This document shows, piece by piece, positions 8,524 through 10,838 of a stretch of 10,838 bases of DNA. This DNA is from Paraspadella gotoi. Taxonomy: Eukaryota; Animalia; Chaetognatha. Under the pieces are notes generated by a model. That model made no database searches and was not told where the DNA came from. It worked only from the letters and a program-made list of their open reading frames with translations. Within the stretch, counting starts at the first letter, position 1, and every line of letters begins with the position of its first letter. Made by a program: the position numbers and the translations under genes. The stretch lies in the NCBI GenBank assembly GCA_051294375.1, contig JBJCIZ010000294.1, positions 1 to 10,838 of the forward strand. Direction: 5' to 3'.

Positions 8524-8751
8524 TGAAGAGACAGTAATTATTGATAAGTGGTTAATGACAGAACCGGCAATATAGCAGTTCCTGAGCTTTCGGATCAGGC
8601 TGTAACACCAATGTTACAGGCGGTTAAGCGCCCCGTCCTCTTAATGCCAGACGACACCGGCTAGAACCCCGGACTTTGGGTTGGGAGGCGAATGACTTGC
8701 CTCCGGCACAATGGCCGCTGATGAACGTTGGTGATTTTAGTCCACCATACA
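8524..8751 (-). repeat. 5' LTR (228 bp)
   Basis: Minus strand TGTATGGTGG...GTCTCTTCA. Matches 8115-8346 apart from mostly small indels. Confidence 0.88.
8651..8718 (-). pseudogene. tRNA-like segment in the 5' LTR
   Basis: GCGGCCATTGTGCCGGAGGCAAGTCATTCGCCTCCCAACCCAAAGTCCGGGGTTCTAGCCGGTGTCGT, the same architecture as the other copy. Confidence 0.65.
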
Positions 8752-8879
8752 AGTTTTTTTTTTAAGTCTGCGTGCGCGAGACGTTTTAAACAATGAATCA
8801 TTTAAGGGACGAAGCCTTCCGAAGGTCAACAGTTTTCATCGTAACAAATGAGACGTGAATTTGAAATTTAATCGAAGCC

Positions 8880-9060
8880 GAGCGGAGAGGATGGGAAGGC
8901 GGGGATGGGATGGGGAAGGCCAAAACGGGACGGATAGGGAAGAGACGGGATGAGGATGGTCAGGGGGAAAAGAAGGGAAAGATTTGAAGATATAACTTAA
9001 AAGAAGGGTAAGGAAGGTTGGATAGGCTATGGGGGACGGAGGGGACGGAAACAGGAACAA
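8880..9060. repeat. Purine-rich (GGA/GGGA) low-complexity tract
   Basis: Strong G/A skew on the + strand with no strict period. Confidence 0.55.
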
Positions 9061-9240
9061 GTATAGTGGCGTGGGAGAATGGCTTCGTTGTGAACCAACG
9101 GTGATCTTACTGAACTTTTTTTTTTGTTTAAGATGACCTAATGTAAATTGTGGATGTACGTCGTTTTCTCAGAGAATCTATTTTCAATGAGACAGGAAAT
9201 ATTTTTTACGGGCTTAAATGGGTATTCAATTTTGACCTAG

Positions 9241-9270
9241 TTTAGTTTAGTTTAGTTTAGTTTAGTTTAG
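9241..9270. repeat. (TTTAG)6 microsatellite
   Basis: Six perfect copies. Confidence 0.95.
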
Positions 9271-9681
9271 CAATAATCGCACTGCACGGCATAAGAAAAA
9301 CGTTTCCTTCACATCATAATCTCAAATCTCTCTCGAAAATGACGCGTTAATCATCATCGTTAAAACTGGAATGTGCTCGAGTTTGAACATGCAACATAAA
9401 AAAGTAAATAATCTGAATAAATACATGAATATAAAATTAAATAGCGAACGACGAAGTAGAATTTTTGCCAAAAAATTATTTACACTTTTGAGGGAGAAAC
9501 GTAGTGAGGGTTTTCTTTCTACTCGATCGATTTTTTTCAAAGTTGATCTGGTATCGTCCCTTGATTTTGGCCGGAGTCGAATCCGACGCTTGCTTGTCCT
9601 TTGAAAATCGAGGGGGATGTTAATCATGGTGTGGAGGTGGGGAGATATGGGGAGATNNNNNNNNNNNNNNNNNNNNNNNNN

Positions 9682-10838
9682 AATGATGACAAAGAAGAGA
9701 GACTCGAGTTTGGGAGAGGGGATAGTGGGGAAGTGAGAATGCTGGGGAGCTGGATGGGTTGGAGTGAAGATATAAGGAACAGANNNNNNNNNNCGAATAA
9801 GACGTGGTGGAAGCTGAAAAAGCAGTTAAGTGGATCTAGCCTATCTAAAAGATTGCAGGCAAGGGTTGTGGANNNNNNNNNNGAAAATTCCTTGCTCTTT
9901 GACAGCGCAGTCAGGGTCTGGACTTTGAGAGAAATTAAAACTCTGCAGAGNNNNNNNNNNAAAGCATACAGGTATGTGTGGAGGAAGGGAAACAAACCGC
10001 CTCTAATCCAAATGCAGGAAGAAGGTCGCAATATGCAAGATGTTAGGTCCTATTTGAAAATAAAAAGCCTAAGATGGAAAATTGAAAAGCACGAGTACTG
10101 AGAGGATAGGCCAATGTGATGCGTATGGATGATGATAGATGGCAAAAGCTGTGATTCTTGGTTGGATGAACAAGGAATTGGAAAAAATGGGAACTAAAGG
10201 GTAAAGAAAACAGGCGACAACCATTACTGGAGAAAGCTAGCTACGAGAAGCTGGGATAGTGATGCGAAATTGGAGAAAATAACTAGAAGACCGTAAAAAT
10301 TCCTCTGGAAGAATTAACGTGAAAGAGCGAATGAGTCACTTATATGGGATGGATAAAGTTTAGGACACAAATGGACAGGGGAAGTTGTAGTTAGGAATGT
10401 TGAAAGAAAGCCAGGGACGTTGGTATGCTCATACTGCAACAAGGAATGCAAGTCAAGGGCGGGTCTAGCAACGCACAGAAAGCGAATGCATGAAGTCTCT
10501 AGCCATAAAAAGTCTTTTAGTTGTACTAAGTGCGGGGAGTTGTTTCAACAAGAGGCCAACTTGATGNNNNNNNNNNAAGTGTGTGGTGGTAGAGCCAAGG
10601 ACCCGTCAAAAAGGAAATGTATTTGTGGGAAAGAATTTAGCCCTCACTATATCAGTAGGCATAGGAAAATGTGCGAGAAGGCTCAGAACATGTTAACTGG
10701 GCATGAACATGAGTCAGCTAGAGTCTTTAAGAGTGTGAGAGTAAAGTGTGAAATATGTGGACTCGAGCTCGACAGATCAAATCGAGCTAGGCACATGCGA
10801 CGACAGCACTAAGAGTGAGGCAGTCCCTCGTAGGACGA
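9682..10838 (+). mobile_element. Second, 5'-truncated copy of the same LINE (RT C-terminus to Zn fingers and 3' UTR), running off the window end
   Basis: Aligns to ~5355-6502 with mostly indel differences. ORFs 9601..10101 (homologous from ~9682) and 10420..10812. The 5' junction is hidden in or near the 25-N run at 9657-9681. Confidence 0.93.

Larger units (their letters stand above)
8115..8751 (-). mobile_element. Non-autonomous LTR retrotransposon (TRIM) with tRNA-derived sequence in both LTRs (Helenus/Cassandra-like architecture)
   Basis: Two ~230-bp direct repeats, each TG...CA, flank a 177-bp non-coding interior. A TGG-starting PBS follows one LTR and a PPT abuts the other, both on the minus strand. 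Confidence 0.85.

Noticed and set aside
8718-8724. Hammerhead core CTGATGA (also on the minus strand at 7586-7592)
   Set aside because: No stem II-GAAA-stem III arrangement at either site.
8115-8751. CRISPR array, plain SINE pair or Fanzor/TnpB omega-RNA array
   Set aside because: There are only two long repeats and no nuclease gene. The shared sequence upstream of the tRNA-like head, TG..CA ends, PBS and PPT fit an LTR element better.
9241-9270. Telomeric repeat or retroposon tail
   Set aside because: TTTAG lacks the GG run of common telomere repeats, is internal and short, and no attached element was recognised.
9322-9627. Overlapping ORFs 9322..9627 (-) and 9371..9604 (+)
   Set aside because: AT-rich with no motifs, likely chance ORFs.

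Overview
Eukaryotic, repeat-rich DNA with many indels that look like long-read errors. (1) A near full-length APE-type non-LTR retrotransposon, most like the RTE clade, lies at ~2552-6523 (+). It has a complete HDV-like self-cleaving ribozyme fold at its 5' end, a degenerate 2A-like NPGP motif, APE endonuclease, RT (FADD), four C-terminal zinc fingers, a 3' stem-loop and a (TCAAG)n tail. (2) A second, near-identical 5'-truncated copy lies at ~9682-10838. (3) A 637-bp non-coding LTR element (TRIM) lies on the minus strand at 8115-8751, with TG..CA LTRs, a PBS and a PPT. Each LTR carries a tRNA-Gly(CCC)-like sequence, so it resembles the Helenus/Cassandra type of Pol III-promoter TRIM. (4) There are possible short-intron host exons on the minus strand (~6920-7890) and several simple repeats. 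The host organism cannot be identified from this window.
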